A DNA stretch of 64,000 nt from Candidatus Bathyarchaeota archaeon (lineage in GTDB: Archaea; Thermoproteota; Bathyarchaeia; Bathyarchaeales; Bathycorpusculaceae). Each line of letters begins with the position of its first letter. The stretch's first letter is position 1. Position numbers and translations under genes: made by a program. The DNA is taken from positions 11,658 to 75,657 of the forward strand of contig CAVZPM010000002.1 of the NCBI GenBank assembly GCA_963777155.1, written 5' to 3'. This document shows positions 39,072 to 51,051 of the stretch, in pieces. Below the pieces are notes generated by a model that searched no databases, was not told where the DNA came from, and was given only the letters and a program-made list of their open reading frames with translations.

Positions 39072-41030
39072 ATGCAGTTTGAACTTGTCGCTCCATTTAA
39101 AATGTCTCCTGGACAGGAAACAGCTGTTGATCAGCTAGTGCAAAACTTCTCCACAAAACCAAAACAAACGCTTCTTGGAATAACTGGCAGCGGCAAAACA
39201 TTCGTCATGGCAAACGTCATCAACGAACTCCAAAAACCCGCTCTTATTCTGGCGCACAACAAAACGTTGGCGGCCCAACTCTATGCTGAGTTAAAAGAGC
39301 TTTTCCCAAACAACCGTGTCGAATACTTCATCAGCTTTTATGATTTTTATCAGCCAGAATCGTATTTGCCTGCACAGGACATGTACATTGAGAAAGATTC
39401 GGATGTAAATGAGCAGATAGAAAAAATGCGTATGCATGCGGTCTCAAGCATAGTTAGTAGAAACGACACCATAATCGTCGCTAGTATTAGTTGCATCTAC
39501 AGCTTAGGAAACCCTGACGACTTTCGGACAATGGCGGCGGATTTGGAAGTGGGCAGGCAAATGTCACGTAGCCAACTCGTACACGACTTGGTGGATATGC
39601 AGTATGAGCGAAACGACATGGTGTTGGAGCCCGGCAGGTTCCGTGTACGAGGCGAAACTATTGATGTAGTGCCCTCTTATGAGAACGACATCTTACGCAT
39701 CGAACTTGAGGGTAACATGATTAAGAAAATTAAGGAAGTTAATCTGCTAAATGGCGATGTGAAAATCTCCGTTGACAAGCTAACGCTCTACCCTGCTCGT
39801 CAATATGTTGTACCTGAAGAAAAACATGCGTTAGCGATTGAGCATATCAGGCAGGAGTTGGACAAACGTCTTCTTGAACTACCGCCGCTTGAATCCCACC
39901 GATTGAAGCAACGCACGAACTACGACTTGGAGATGATAAAGGAACTCGGCTACTGTGGCGGCATGGAAAACTATAGTCGCCACTTCGATGGACGCAAACC
40001 CGGTGTGCCACCCTTCACACTGATAGATTACTTCCCCAAAGACTATCTGCTTATCATCGACGAGAGTCACCAAACCATTCCCCAAGCCCGCGCCATGTAC
40101 AACGGTGACTACTCCCGCAAAAAGAACCTTGTAGACTTCGGTTTTCGTCTTCCAAGCGCACTCGACAACCGGCCGTTAAAGTTTGAGGAGTTTGAGCAGA
40201 AGATGGGTAAAGTGCTCTTTGTCTCCGCTACCCCCGCCGAGTATGAGCTAGAAAAGAGCGGACAACCTGTCGAGTTAATTACTCGCCCCACAGGGCTTCT
40301 GGATCCAGAAGTCGAGATCCGTCCGATCGAAGGTCAGATGCAGAATTTGATGGTTGAAGCAAAGAAAACCATTGACCGCGGCGATCGCATACTAATCACA
40401 ACTTTAACAAAGCGTATGGCTGAAGACTTAGCAGATTACCTTGCTAAGGAGGGCTTCCGTGTCCGGTACATGCATTCAGACATCCAAAGCCTAGACCGCA
40501 TAGAGCTCGTAAGACAATTGCGGGTTGGCGACTTCGACATCCTCGTCGGTATAAACCTGCTCCGCGAAGGCTTAGACATTCCTGAAGTTGCAACAATATT
40601 CATCTTGGATGCTGACAAAGAGGGCTTTCTGCGTGACGAACGCAGTCTCATCCAAACCATAGGGCGAGCAGCAAGAAACGTCAACGGCAAAGTCATCCTC
40701 TATGCCGACATTGAAACAAAGTCGATTAAGCGAGCCATTGAAACCACATATTACCGCCGCAGTTTTCAGAAACGCTACAACCAAGAGCACGGTATAACCC
40801 CCTCGACTATTATTAAGGGTGTTTCAAAGAAGGAAAGGGTAATTAAAGGCGCCAAGCACCTGCCAAAATCGGATATGAGACGCCAGATCATCGAGTTAGA
40901 TGCTCAGATGCGTGAGGCAGCCGAAAAGCTAGACTTTGAACGCGCCATTGAATTGCGGGATGCGATTGCCGAGCTCAATAAAGCGCTAGCTCGAAAGGTC
41001 GAGAATGAAGCGTTGAACCCAGAAATTTAG
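39072..41030 (+). CDS. uvrB: Excinuclease ABC subunit B
   Basis: LLGITGSGKT, HNKTLAAQL, YDFYQPESY, DESH, GINLLREGLD, C-terminal UVR domain. Confidence 0.97.
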   Translation: MQFELVAPFKMSPGQETAVDQLVQNFSTKPKQTLLGITGSGKTFVMANVINELQKPALILAHNKTLAAQLYAELKELFPNNRVEYFISFYDFYQPESYLPAQDMYIEKDSDVNEQIEKMRMHAVSSIVSRNDTIIVASISCIYSLGNPDDFRTMAADLEVGRQMSRSQLVHDLVDMQYERNDMVLEPGRFRVRGETIDVVPSYENDILRIELEGNMIKKIKEVNLLNGDVKISVDKLTLYPARQYVVPEEKHALAIEHIRQELDKRLLELPPLESHRLKQRTNYDLEMIKELGYCGGMENYSRHFDGRKPGVPPFTLIDYFPKDYLLIIDESHQTIPQARAMYNGDYSRKKNLVDFGFRLPSALDNRPLKFEEFEQKMGKVLFVSATPAEYELEKSGQPVELITRPTGLLDPEVEIRPIEGQMQNLMVEAKKTIDRGDRILITTLTKRMAEDLADYLAKEGFRVRYMHSDIQSLDRIELVRQLRVGDFDILVGINLLREGLDIPEVATIFILDADKEGFLRDERSLIQTIGRAARNVNGKVILYADIETKSIKRAIETTYYRRSFQKRYNQEHGITPSTIIKGVSKKERVIKGAKHLPKSDMRRQIIELDAQMREAAEKLDFERAIELRDAIAELNKALARKVENEALNPEI

Positions 41031-41116
41031 GGTTTTGATGCAAAAAGGTTCTAATCTTGCAAGTTAAAACTGGTTAAAGTCTCAGAAATGGGAGAAGGAA
41101 ACAGGGACTAAAAGTA

Positions 41117-44021
41117 ATGCGCGACAATATTTCCATTAAGGGAGCTAGGGAGCACAACCTGAAAAACATTGATTTAGAGTTGCCCCGAAACAAGTTCATA
41201 GTAATAACTGGGCTTTCAGGCTCAGGCAAATCAACGCTTGCGTTTGACACGATTTATGCGGAGGGTCAGCGACGATACGTTGAAAGCCTCAGTGCTTATG
41301 CAAGGCAGTTTCTTGGTTTAATGGATAAGCCAGACGTGGATTCGATCGAAGGTTTATCTCCTGCAATCTCCATTGAGCAGAAGAGTACAAGCAAAAACCC
41401 CCGCTCAACTGTTGGAACAGTCACAGAAATCTACGATTACCTAAGGCTCCTTTTTGCACGTATTGGAACACATCATTGCCCTAAATGCGGCAGCAGCATC
41501 CATCCTCAGAGTCCAGAAAACATCGCTAGCCTAATCATGGCTGACAAAGGAAAAACGCTCACTTTCCTCGCACCAATCATCCGAGGAATGAAGGGGACGC
41601 ATGAACAGGTTTTTGACGACCTCAAGAAAGAAGGCTACACAAAAATTCGGGTAGACCAGAAAATCTACGAATCCGACCACATCAAAGAAGAAGTGAAGCT
41701 TGTTCGATATGAGAAACACTGGATTGAAGCGATAATAGATACAGCCGTGGTTTCTGATGAAGAACGTTCCCGCGTTGCTGAAGCCGTTGAGGGGGCACTC
41801 AAAACAGGCAAAGGCACCATGATTGTAATCGACGCGGCAAACCAAGATGCGAGCAAGAAAAAAGAGCTAGAACGCTTCGAAGACGAAACAATGTATAGCA
41901 CCTTTGGTGCCTGTCCAAACCATCCAGAAATCGTATTCGAAAGCCTTGAACCCCGCATGTTCAGCTTTAACTCACCCTTTGGCGCATGCCCAACCTGCCA
42001 TGGACTGGGCGAAATCACTGAAGTTACCGCTGACAAAGTGATTCCAGATAAGAACCTAACAATCATGGATGGAGCATTGGCGGTTTACAAGGGCACCATG
42101 GAGCTCAGCTGGCGGGCACAGCAAATAGCAACCGTTGGCAGAAAATACGGCTTTGATGTTTTTACTCCAATTAAGGATTTTACTGAACAGCAGCTCCAAG
42201 TACTCCTGTACGGCGATAAGGAACCAATCAACGGAAGTTGGTCAAATGGTGCTAGCATGTGGATGCGTGATGGTTGGGAAGGCATAATCCCACAAACCAT
42301 GCGGCTTATATCGTCAGACAGAGAGTGATTGGCGCAAAGAAGACATAGAAAAATATATGACCTCCAGACCATGCGGTACATGCAAAGGCAAAAAGCTTCA
42401 GCCAGTAGTGTTAGCTGTTAAAGTTCTGGATAAAAGTATAATCGACGTTACGGACCTCTCGATTGAAGAAGCGGTGGACTTTTTCCGTGACTTGCCGGCA
42501 AAATTGAATGGGAACGAATTATTCATTGCCAAGCAAGTGCTTAAAGAAATCAATGAACGACTAGGTTTTCTTAAGAATGTCGGTTTAGGTTATCTTTCGT
42601 TGTCCCGTGCCGCTAAGACTCTTTCTGGCGGTGAAGCTCAACGTATCCGTTTGGCGACTCAGATTGGTAGCAACCTAATGGGTGTCCTCTATATACTTGA
42701 TGAACCCAGCATCGGATTGCACCAGCGTGACAACGCAAAACTCATCAGTACCCTTCAGCGACTGCGTGATTTAGGCAACACGTTAATCGTTGTTGAACAT
42801 GACGAGGAGACCATGCGACATGCCGATTACATCGTTGACATGGGACCTGGCGCAGGAATCCACGGAGGGCACATCGTCGCAGAAGGCTCTCCACAAGAAA
42901 TTATGAAAAACCCCCGCAGCCTCACAGGTAAGTATCTTTCAGGCGAGCTTAAAATCGAAATTCCTGAGGAAAGGCGCAAACCAGTCAGCTACATAACGGT
43001 GAAGGGCGCGGAGGAAAACAACCTAAAATGCCTCAGTTTACAATTACCCCTCGGTGTTTTATGTGGTGTCACTGGAGTTTCAGGCTCGGGCAAGAGCACA
43101 TTGATGAACTTGACCGTTATTCCAGCAATGAGAAAAATGTTCGGGGAGCAAGTTGACAAAGTTGGAAAACACCAAAAGCTGGATGTACCAGCAGTCGTTC
43201 GCAACGTCATAGTTATCGACCAAGACCCAATCGGGCGAACCCCACGAAGCAACCCCGCCACCTACACTAAACTCTTCGATGAAATCCGTCACATTTTCGC
43301 TTCCACCAAAGAAGCAAAAGCCCGTGGCTACAAAGAAGGACGATTCAGCTTCAACGTCAAAGGTGGACGATGTGAAACCTGCCAAGGCGACGGCGTTCTA
43401 CGAATCGAAATGAACTTCCTGCCAGACGTCTACGTTCAATGTAGCGAATGCAAAGGTAAGCGTTACAACAAAGAAACTTTATCCGTGTTGTATAAGGGCA
43501 AAAACATCGCCGAAGTCTTGGATATGACAGTGGAGGAAGCAGCGAAATTCTTTGAGAACACTCCACGGGTTTCACGCAAACTAGAAACGTTGCTCGATGT
43601 GGGCTTAGGCTACATCAAACTCGGGCAAAGCTCAACCACCCTTTCCGGTGGAGAGAGCCAACGCATCAAAATTACTCGTGAACTCAGTAAACACAAAACT
43701 GGACATACCATCTACATGCTCGATGAACCCACCACAGGGCTGCACTTTGACGACACAAAACGTCTCATAAAAGTGTTGAATCGGCTGGTAGACAACGGCA
43801 ACACTGTTTACATTATCGAACACAACCTTGACGTAATCAAAAGCTGCGACTACCTCATCGATTTGGGACCTGAAGGAGGCGCTGCAGGTGGTGAAGTGTT
43901 GGCTCATGGAACACCTGAAGAAATCGCGGAAATACAGCGGTCTTACACGGGATTATTTTTGGAAAAAATACTTAACCATAACTCCCGAGTAGTTACGGTG
44001 ATAGTGAAGCAGCCTGCATGA
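41117..44021 (+). CDS. uvrA: Excinuclease ABC subunit A (single +1 indel near 42309)
   Basis: [50 protein letters not shown]; removing one base gives continuous [20 protein letters not shown]. Confidence 0.96.
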
Positions 44022-45642
44022 TTAAAATAACATTGCCCTCTGACTTCAGAAGCTCAGATATGCCCACAAACCCAGGTGTCTATCTGTATCGGGATGAAGC
44101 AGGCGAAATCCTTTACGTCGGTAAAGCAAAAAGCCTTCGTTCAAGGGTCAAGAGCTATTTTTCAACTACTGAACAACCCATCAAGACAAGGCAGCTAGTT
44201 TCTCGAATTCGCAATATCGATTGGATTGTCGTCAACAGCGAAGTTGAGGCGTTGCTGCTAGAGAACAAACTGGTTAAGCAACACACACCCAAATACAACA
44301 TCAACCTTAAAGATGCCAAAACCTTCGCTTACATCTCACTTACAAGAGAACCTTTTCCGAGAATTCTGACGAGTCGCAAGGTTTCCCGCAAACTCGAATC
44401 TTTTGGACCATACACTGACGGTTTTACAAGACAGGACTTGCAGCGCTTGGTGGTGAGGGTGTTTAAGCTGCGCACTTGCAAGACCATGCCCAAACGGGCT
44501 TGCCTAAACTATCATATTCATCTATGCACGGCACCATGCATCTGGCAAAACAACTGCCGAACAATACTCCGAACAAGTCAAGCAGGCACGTAGCTTCCTA
44601 AACGGAAACTACATCAAACCATTGATGCAACTAAAAATCCAAATGCAAACCGCCTCACAAAGCCAGCAGTACGAAACCGCTCTTGAGACTCCGCAACCAA
44701 ATCCAATCCATTAGGCTCCTCACCGAGCATCAAATTGTGGATAACGAGCGACGCTTTGACCAGGATGTTTTGGCGTTTAGGCAGGTGGGCGATAAGATGC
44801 TGGCTGTTCAGATGGGTGTTCGCCATGGGGTATTACTTGGCAAAAAAGACTTTAGCGTCGATGTTCAGCCACAAATTGAGCAGGAGTTCTTGAAGGCTTT
44901 CTACACTACCAACCAGCTTCCAAGAGAAATCCTGTTGAATAAGCCCTGTTGGCAGGGTGCTGAAGAGAAAAAGGTGTTGGAGGAATTCTTTTCTGCTAAA
45001 CGGGCTGCGCCTGTTTCATTGACGATTCCCAGGCGCGCAGATAAGTTGGGTCTTGTGCGGTTGGCGGAGAAAAATCTGGAATCCAGCCTTGATGTGGACA
45101 GTGCTCTGGTAGATTTACAAAACAACCTCAACTTGCCAGTCCTGCCGCACATAATTGAGTGTTTTGACATCTCCAACTTGGGAACGGAACATGTAGTTTC
45201 AGGCATGGTCAGCTTCAAGGATGCCAAACCCGACAAGAAAAACTATCGTAAATTCAAAATCAAAACCTTCCTTGGGCAAGATGACTTTGCAGCTGTCAAC
45301 GAAGTTGTCGCTAGAAGGTACAAGCGACAAATTGAAGAGAAAAGCCAACTTCCAGATCTTGTGGTCATCGATGGTGGACCTGGACAGGTAAGCGCCGCCA
45401 AAGCTGCCTTGCAAACACTCGGATTGCAGCTTCCCCTGATTGGTTTAGCTAAAGAACATGAAGAAATCTACCTGCCAGACGAAGCAGCGCCCAGAAACTT
45501 TGACAAGAACAACCGAATGATGCTGCTGCTAAGGAAAATCCGTGATGCAGCCCACGACTTCTCGCTGGGTTACAACCGCAAACGAAGACAGATGAAAATT
45601 CGAGAAGAATTCAAACAAGCAACACCTAAAGAAACTTCTTAA
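44018..45642 (+). CDS. uvrC: Excinuclease ABC subunit C (frameshifted around 44540-44690; no C-terminal HhH)
   Basis: GIY-YIG ([21 protein letters not shown]), Cys cluster, [31 protein letters not shown]. Confidence 0.93.
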
Positions 45643-46036
45643 GTGCCTCTTCAAGCCCGCTGAAGCCCTTTATTATAACGTCCGAGTGAAACACAATCCA
45701 TGGACTCAAACATTTAATCTCAGAAACCACAATAACTTTTTTGCCTTTACGTTTAGCGTAGAACATTTCCATGCAGGCGCCGGCTGAGAGGATAGGAAAA
45801 TAAACAACCATTACGTCGCATCGGTCGGCATCGTCGAGGTCCCGTTGGACAAAGTCAAAAACTGGTACCTTATCCCACCAGCACTCCTCGGTTCCATTAT
45901 AAAGAACGCGCTCCCTTTTCCATGGATCAATGATTTCAAAGCCTAACCTGGAAGCTATTTCAGTGATGGTTCTTCTGTAGTCTTGGTTTTTCTCCATTCC
46001 CAAAATTGGACCTGAAATGAACAGTTGCTTCTTCAT
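45626..46036 (-). CDS. Nucleoside 2-deoxyribosyltransferase-like (NDT/DNPH1 family) protein
   Basis: LFISGP, RDL...DRCDVMV, SAGACMEMFYA (catalytic Glu), GKKVIV. Confidence 0.8.
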   Translation of the reverse strand: MKKQLFISGPILGMEKNQDYRRTITEIASRLGFEIIDPWKRERVLYNGTEECWWDKVPVFDFVQRDLDDADRCDVMVVYFPILSAGACMEMFYAKRKGKKVIVVSEIKCLSPWIVFHSDVIIKGFSGLEEALKKFL

Positions 46037-46578
46037 GTTGCCGACCACAGGTTCATCTACCGCCAAGTCTAATATTTTTTGTTTGTGGCAAAGAGAACCT
46101 TAATTTCAGTGAAACTGTTTGTTGAGGAAAAATTTAAGACTTCTTAGGCAGAGTTTCTAGTTGGTTACTCAATATTCCGGTTGCAGATTTCTTAAGGGCA
46201 ACAAGGTATTCCTTCGCAAAATGGCCTTTTCAGTGGATTCTTTGAGTTTTTGTTTTGGTTGTTGTTGTAGGCGGTTTGTGTGCAAAAACATTTTTTCTGG
46301 TTGTTTTTTAAGGTTAGTTTCTGGTTTGGGCTCTGGATTGGGGTTTGTTTGGTAGAAGTAGTGGATGTGGAAGAGCTTTTTCAATGTTGCTTGTAGCAGT
46401 TTTTAGGCTGCTTGTGGGCATTCTCAACATAGTTGTGCACGCACCAGATTAATCGTGGTAAGCCAAAAACAGCAAAATACATCCAAACAGCTAATATTTT
46501 AGTTTCCACATGCAGAAAAGTGCAAAACAATCTAAAAAGACTATGAAATTCTAGAAAAGACAGCTGTTCCAAGTTCGT

Positions 46579-47508
46579 TTGTTCGAAAGGATAAACGGAA
46601 TGCAATTCTTATTAGCTAAGTCCCACTTTATGGATGCGTTGAAAATGTTAAAAAGCGATTTAATGTTTGAGAAAACACGCGACTACGATAAAGATGGGTC
46701 AATCAAGCGTGAAGTCGATAAAGCACTTGCTGCGCTAAAGGTTTTTAGGGAGAAATTTCCTTTCGCTGAAAACCTTCGAACGATAGAATGGTTAGACCCC
46801 GATAAACTCTTCAAATTAAACCCTGACGAAGTCGGCGAGTTCTTCCAATTACTGGAAGACATTTTCAAACTGCTCGGTTATTCAAGTCTTAACAGCTCCA
46901 ATGTTTATCGCAACGCCCGACTACAAATCAACGATCTCAAAAACTTGCTCCGCATCGCAGTAGATAGCAGAAAGTCCCTGGCACAGAAAGTGGATGCTCT
47001 GTGGGAAAAAATAGGTGGATTAGGACAAGACAAACACCTTGCTAAAAAAATCATATTCTGCTTTAACTACGAAAGTGGTACGGTCCTACCAATTTTTCAT
47101 AATCAGCATCTGAGGCATTTCGCTAACCGAACGGTTGATTCACCCAGTGGACAAACGAAGTATTTTTCGATGGGACAAGAATATGAACATTTCACTTCTG
47201 AGCTTCTAAAAGCCAAAAATAGCTTGCCTCTAACGCGAGGTTGGACTGTCCTGTACTTCACACGCTTTTTATACAAGAATTATCCGCCGCCAGACAGCGA
47301 ACCCATCGCTTCAGCAGAGAGAAAAATTGGAAACGTAGTAACAGAAGAGCAATTAGACATGCAAGGGTTCATGAGGTTGCTCGGCGACTTGCAAAAGCAA
47401 GGTAAACTAACAGGTGAGCAATTCAGGGAAAACCGGTCCTTATGGATGCAGCAGCCTAGCGAAAGGGAAGGTTTGAGTCTGCGCCTTAAAAAACTTCTTA
47501 ATCCATAA
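46579..47508 (+). CDS. Hypothetical protein, possible HhH-glycosylase-like / McrB N-terminal-like domain
   Basis: 309-aa ORF (real start probably ATG 46630); IGGLG..K.LAKKIIFCF...VLPIF...HLRHF motif. Confidence 0.7.
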   Translation: MFERINGMQFLLAKSHFMDALKMLKSDLMFEKTRDYDKDGSIKREVDKALAALKVFREKFPFAENLRTIEWLDPDKLFKLNPDEVGEFFQLLEDIFKLLGYSSLNSSNVYRNARLQINDLKNLLRIAVDSRKSLAQKVDALWEKIGGLGQDKHLAKKIIFCFNYESGTVLPIFHNQHLRHFANRTVDSPSGQTKYFSMGQEYEHFTSELLKAKNSLPLTRGWTVLYFTRFLYKNYPPPDSEPIASAERKIGNVVTEEQLDMQGFMRLLGDLQKQGKLTGEQFRENRSLWMQQPSEREGLSLRLKKLLNP

Positions 47509-47535
47509 ATTAGAGTAGTGGCAGGGTACACATTG

Positions 47536-48123
47536 CTACTTGATTATTAACGACCGTAAAAGTCTGGTGAATCTTTCTTTAACATAGTTACGTTCATTGA
47601 GTTCTTTATCACTCATTGTGAGCAAACCCGAATACTCTTGGATTTCTTGCTTCGTAAAATAATCAACATCGTCAAGTTTTGATATAGCTTCCTCGGTGTC
47701 TTTGCAGGTGCAGCAATCATCCAGTTCGATGGATAGCTCAGCCAACTCGTTTATCGTTGATTGATCATATTTTAGGTTGTATCCTATTCTCTTTAGCCCT
47801 TCAAGGGTAGCCTTGACTTTCTCAGCAACAGTTTCTTTGCTGTTGGTTTCTTTCCCAACCGTAAAATGGAAAACTTCAGCAGTCGCCCGATAGTAGCTTT
47901 CGATTAGGTGATCGACTCGAACCTCTTTCGCGACCTCCACCATGCCTACGTTGCAAAGTTTTTTGATATGGTGATAAACCGTTTGAGGAGTTAGATTTAG
48001 TTCGTCTGATATTTTACTGACAGTCATTTCCTTTGCTCGTAACAAATAGAGGATTTTCCGTCGTGTTTCATCAACTGCGACTTTAACTGCTTCAGGGTCG
48101 GTTATAGTCATTATGGGCTTCAT
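47536..48123 (-). CDS. ArsR-family winged-HTH transcriptional regulator
   Basis: DETRRKIL.LL, MTVSKIS.EL..TPQTVYHHIKKL...GMVEV, YYRATA. Confidence 0.9.
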   Translation of the reverse strand: MKPIMTITDPEAVKVAVDETRRKILYLLRAKEMTVSKISDELNLTPQTVYHHIKKLCNVGMVEVAKEVRVDHLIESYYRATAEVFHFTVGKETNSKETVAEKVKATLEGLKRIGYNLKYDQSTINELAELSIELDDCCTCKDTEEAISKLDDVDYFTKQEIQEYSGLLTMSDKELNERNYVKERFTRLLRSLIIK

Positions 48124-48203
48124 GATGACACATTATAATTAGGAACTTAATGTATATATAAACGCTTACTCATTAACACCGCAATCTTTTAATACAAATA
48201 CAT

Positions 48204-48253
48204 TTTTAATATTAAAACGTCCATATTAATATGGAGACACTCTTTAAAAAGAG
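48204..48253. promoter_or_regulatory. Three adjacent palindromes in the divergent ArsR promoter region
   Basis: ttttaatattaaaa (48204-48217), tccatattaatatgga (48220-48235), ctcttt-aa-aaagag (48240-48253). Confidence 0.55.
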
Positions 48254-48262
48254 GGAACAATC

Positions 48263-48502
48263 ATGAAAATAAGCCTCAAGAAAAACACAAAAAACACCCC
48301 TATTCTTGCTCAGTTTGGACACCTCGCATTTCCACTAAAAAAAACCAGCAATATACCAAAACTCACAAAAACTCTCAAACTCACACAAACAACAACAGTT
48401 TTCACGAACTTCCCAACAAAAGAACACAAAATATTCCAAATTGAAGCAGAAGCAAAACGCAATCAAGCCCAAATATATGCAAGCACCACCTCCATAAGAT
48501 AA
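48263..48502 (+). CDS. Small basic hypothetical protein divergent from ArsR
   Basis: GAGGG SD-like site, ATG, 79 aa; K/T/N-rich N-terminus and helical C-terminus (IEAEAKRNQAQIYA). Confidence 0.5.
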   Translation: MKISLKKNTKNTPILAQFGHLAFPLKKTSNIPKLTKTLKLTQTTTVFTNFPTKEHKIFQIEAEAKRNQAQIYASTTSIR

Positions 48503-48653
48503 TAAAAGGAGAACAAAGCGTGTTTTGTTTATCTACGCAATATTATCAACAAATTCTTGTTTCAATCATTAGAGATGTTATAGTTCTGGCAAAGGTTTAA
48601 GTTGAAAATTAATTGATTCTTCAAGTAGAGTGGTCTTCAAAGCTTGGACTTGA

Positions 48654-49893
48654 ATGTTAAAAATGTTCAGTATTTACCGGGGAATATCTAAAGACGCCAA
48701 GTTGCTAGTTTACCAATCGATACTTCCATCGGTTGCTTATGGTTTGTTTTTTACTGACATTTCGTACTTTCTGACAACAGTTCAGGGGTTATCTTACGGT
48801 TTTATGGGCATCGTTATTACGACGATGGGTATTGCAACCTTCGCGGCTAGCATACCATTAGGATTAGTCGCTGACAGGTACGGTCGAAAAAAAATGCTCA
48901 TCATGGGCAATGTAGTCTCAGGAGGAACTCTGGTTGTTTTCGCATTCACCACCGATCCAGTATTTGTTAATGCGCAGCGGTTCTTGAAGGCATTTCTGAA
49001 GCTGCTTTTTCTGCTTCCAGCGGTGCATGGCTTGCAGAAAAATGCGATAACACAAAAAGAAACAGCGTCTTCAGCTTCTCGGGATTTGCCCAAAGCCTAT
49101 CTTTCGGAATCGGCAGCTTGGCAATTCCCGGAATAGCCATTTTCGAATTCATAGGATTCTCCAACAAAATAAGTCACGGCCTCTTATACGCAATCTTCGC
49201 CATCCTCTGTCTTCTTTCCACTCTAATTCTAATTAGAATCCCGGAATCCTACAAAGCGAAAAAAAGGGTTGATCACTTATCAAATCCTGATAACGCCCAC
49301 CGAAACAAACAATCAATGCGGATTATTGCGAAGTACGTGATTAGCAGCGCGATTATAGCAGTTGGAGCAGGCATGGTTGTTCCTCTGATGACGGCTTGGC
49401 TGCATCTACGATACGGAATACCAGATACTATAAGTGGGCCAATTCTTGGGATCGTAAGTATCGTCATAGCTGTAGCTACCCTTGCTGGCCCCCCATTAGC
49501 GAAAAGATTTGGCTTAGTAAAGGCGATCGTTCTCACTCAAGCTGCGTCCACAATATTCATGTTCGCTACCCCTCTCTCATCAAGTTACATAATTGCCTAG
49601 CTCTACCTACACTGTTCGAGCCTTTCTTATGAACATGGCAAGCCCGCTGTCGCAATCCATGATTATGGGTTTAGTCGATGAGAAAGACCGCGGGATGGCT
49701 TCAGGCATAAACACCGCTTTGTGGAGACTCCCCAACGCGTTAAGCACCTTTGTTGGGGCTTACCTAATGTCTGTTGGTTTGCTTAGCCGCTCCATTTTTT
49801 ATCGCGAGCATACTTTACACAGTATCCATTGCATTGTTCTGGTTCTACTTCAGAAAAACCAAACTACCAGAAGAGCAAAGCTCTAAAGAATAA
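48654..49893 (+). CDS. MFS transporter (several frameshifts)
   Basis: GLVADRYGRKK motif A, AKRFG, RAFLMNMASPLSQS, E..RG.ASG; fragments 48654-49136, 49118-49600, 49593-49886. Confidence 0.85.
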
Positions 49894-50935
49894 TTTTTGA
49901 CAAGATTTCTCCAATTACGGACGCGGTTCTTTCCACGTCAGCTCGCTCTATTCCATTATGCGTTACAAACCTTACCTTGTTTCTAGCCGTAGAGACCGCT
50001 AAGACTCCTTGTTCTCTTAACTTTCCTAGAAAATCATTGCAATCTACTCGGTCTGTGAGTTGAAAGATAACCATGTTGGTCTGAACAGTTTCCAAATTAA
50101 TTTCTATACCGGGAATTTTTGAGATTTTTTCAGCGAGAATTTTCGCGTTTTCATGGTCAATCTTCAATCGGTCAACCATTTTTTCGAGTGCGATTATTCC
50201 TGATGCGGCGATTATGCCTGCCTGTCGCATCTGACCTCCCAAGAGTTTTCTTATCTTTCTTGCTTTATCTACAAACATTTGATCACCCACAATGAGTGAT
50301 CCAACAGGACAGCAAAGACCCTTAGAGAGACAAAACATCAAGGTTATCAACGTGTTTTGTAAACTCTCGAGGATCTATATTGAGCGCAGTTGAAGCATTG
50401 AATATTCGTGCGCCATCCATGTACAGCTTTAACCTTGTTTTGCATCGAAATTTCGTTAATTTCTTTTAGTTGGTCGTGGGGTTATTATTGTTCCGCCATG
50501 TCTATTGTGCGTGTTCTCAACGCAAATTAAGCTAGCATCTGGAAAAGAGATGCTTTTTGGTCTGAAGGCTCCTTTAAGTTCTTCAGAACTATACACTCCT
50601 GCTGAAGTTTGAATTGGCCAAGGAAGAAGCCCTGCTATAGAGGATATTCCACCCGCTTCATACCAGTAAATATGTGATTCGGCTTCGAGGATTACTAATT
50701 CTCCACGGTTGCAGTTAGCCATAAGCGATGTGAGGTTTGCTTGAGTCCCGCTTGGAACTAGAAGAGCAGCCTCTTTACCCATTTTTTCCGCAGCTATTTC
50801 CTGAAGTTGATTAACTGTTGGGTCTTCTCCGTAGTAATCATCGCCTAGTTTTGCATGTCTTGTTGCCTCGAGCATTTCTTCAGTTGGCAGTGTAACTGTG
50901 TCGCTTCTTAGATCGATTATTTCTTTGATTTGCAA
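49883..50935 (-). CDS. ltaE: Low-specificity L-threonine aldolase (frameshifted)
   Basis: IDLRSDTVT.PT, GDD.YGEDPTV, PSGTQAN, ENTHN, MDGARIFNA, CLSKGL (PLP Lys), GGQMRQAG, VQTNMV. Confidence 0.9.
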
Positions 50936-51051
50936 ATAATCCCCTTGTTGGTTTTGTTATGTCGATCTAATTAATATTTCACAATTTCACACCTTGGATG
51001 GTCAAGTATTTTCTTGTAAAGGCTTTTAATCTATGAAAATTAGTAGAAAAT

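Noticed and set aside
42300-42360. Split uvrA as programmed frameshift or gene fission
   Set aside because: No slippery heptamer; deleting one base restores the continuous protein, matching the window-wide error pattern
46161-46605. Short ORFs (71 and 74 aa) in a strongly strand-skewed, low-complexity intergenic stretch
   Set aside because: No recognisable motif or clear start signals; open frames are explained by composition. The 71-aa ORF cannot be fully excluded
49590-49605. TAG in the MFS gene as possible pyrrolysine read-through
   Set aside because: The downstream coding sequence is in a different frame, so this is a frameshift and not in-frame read-through
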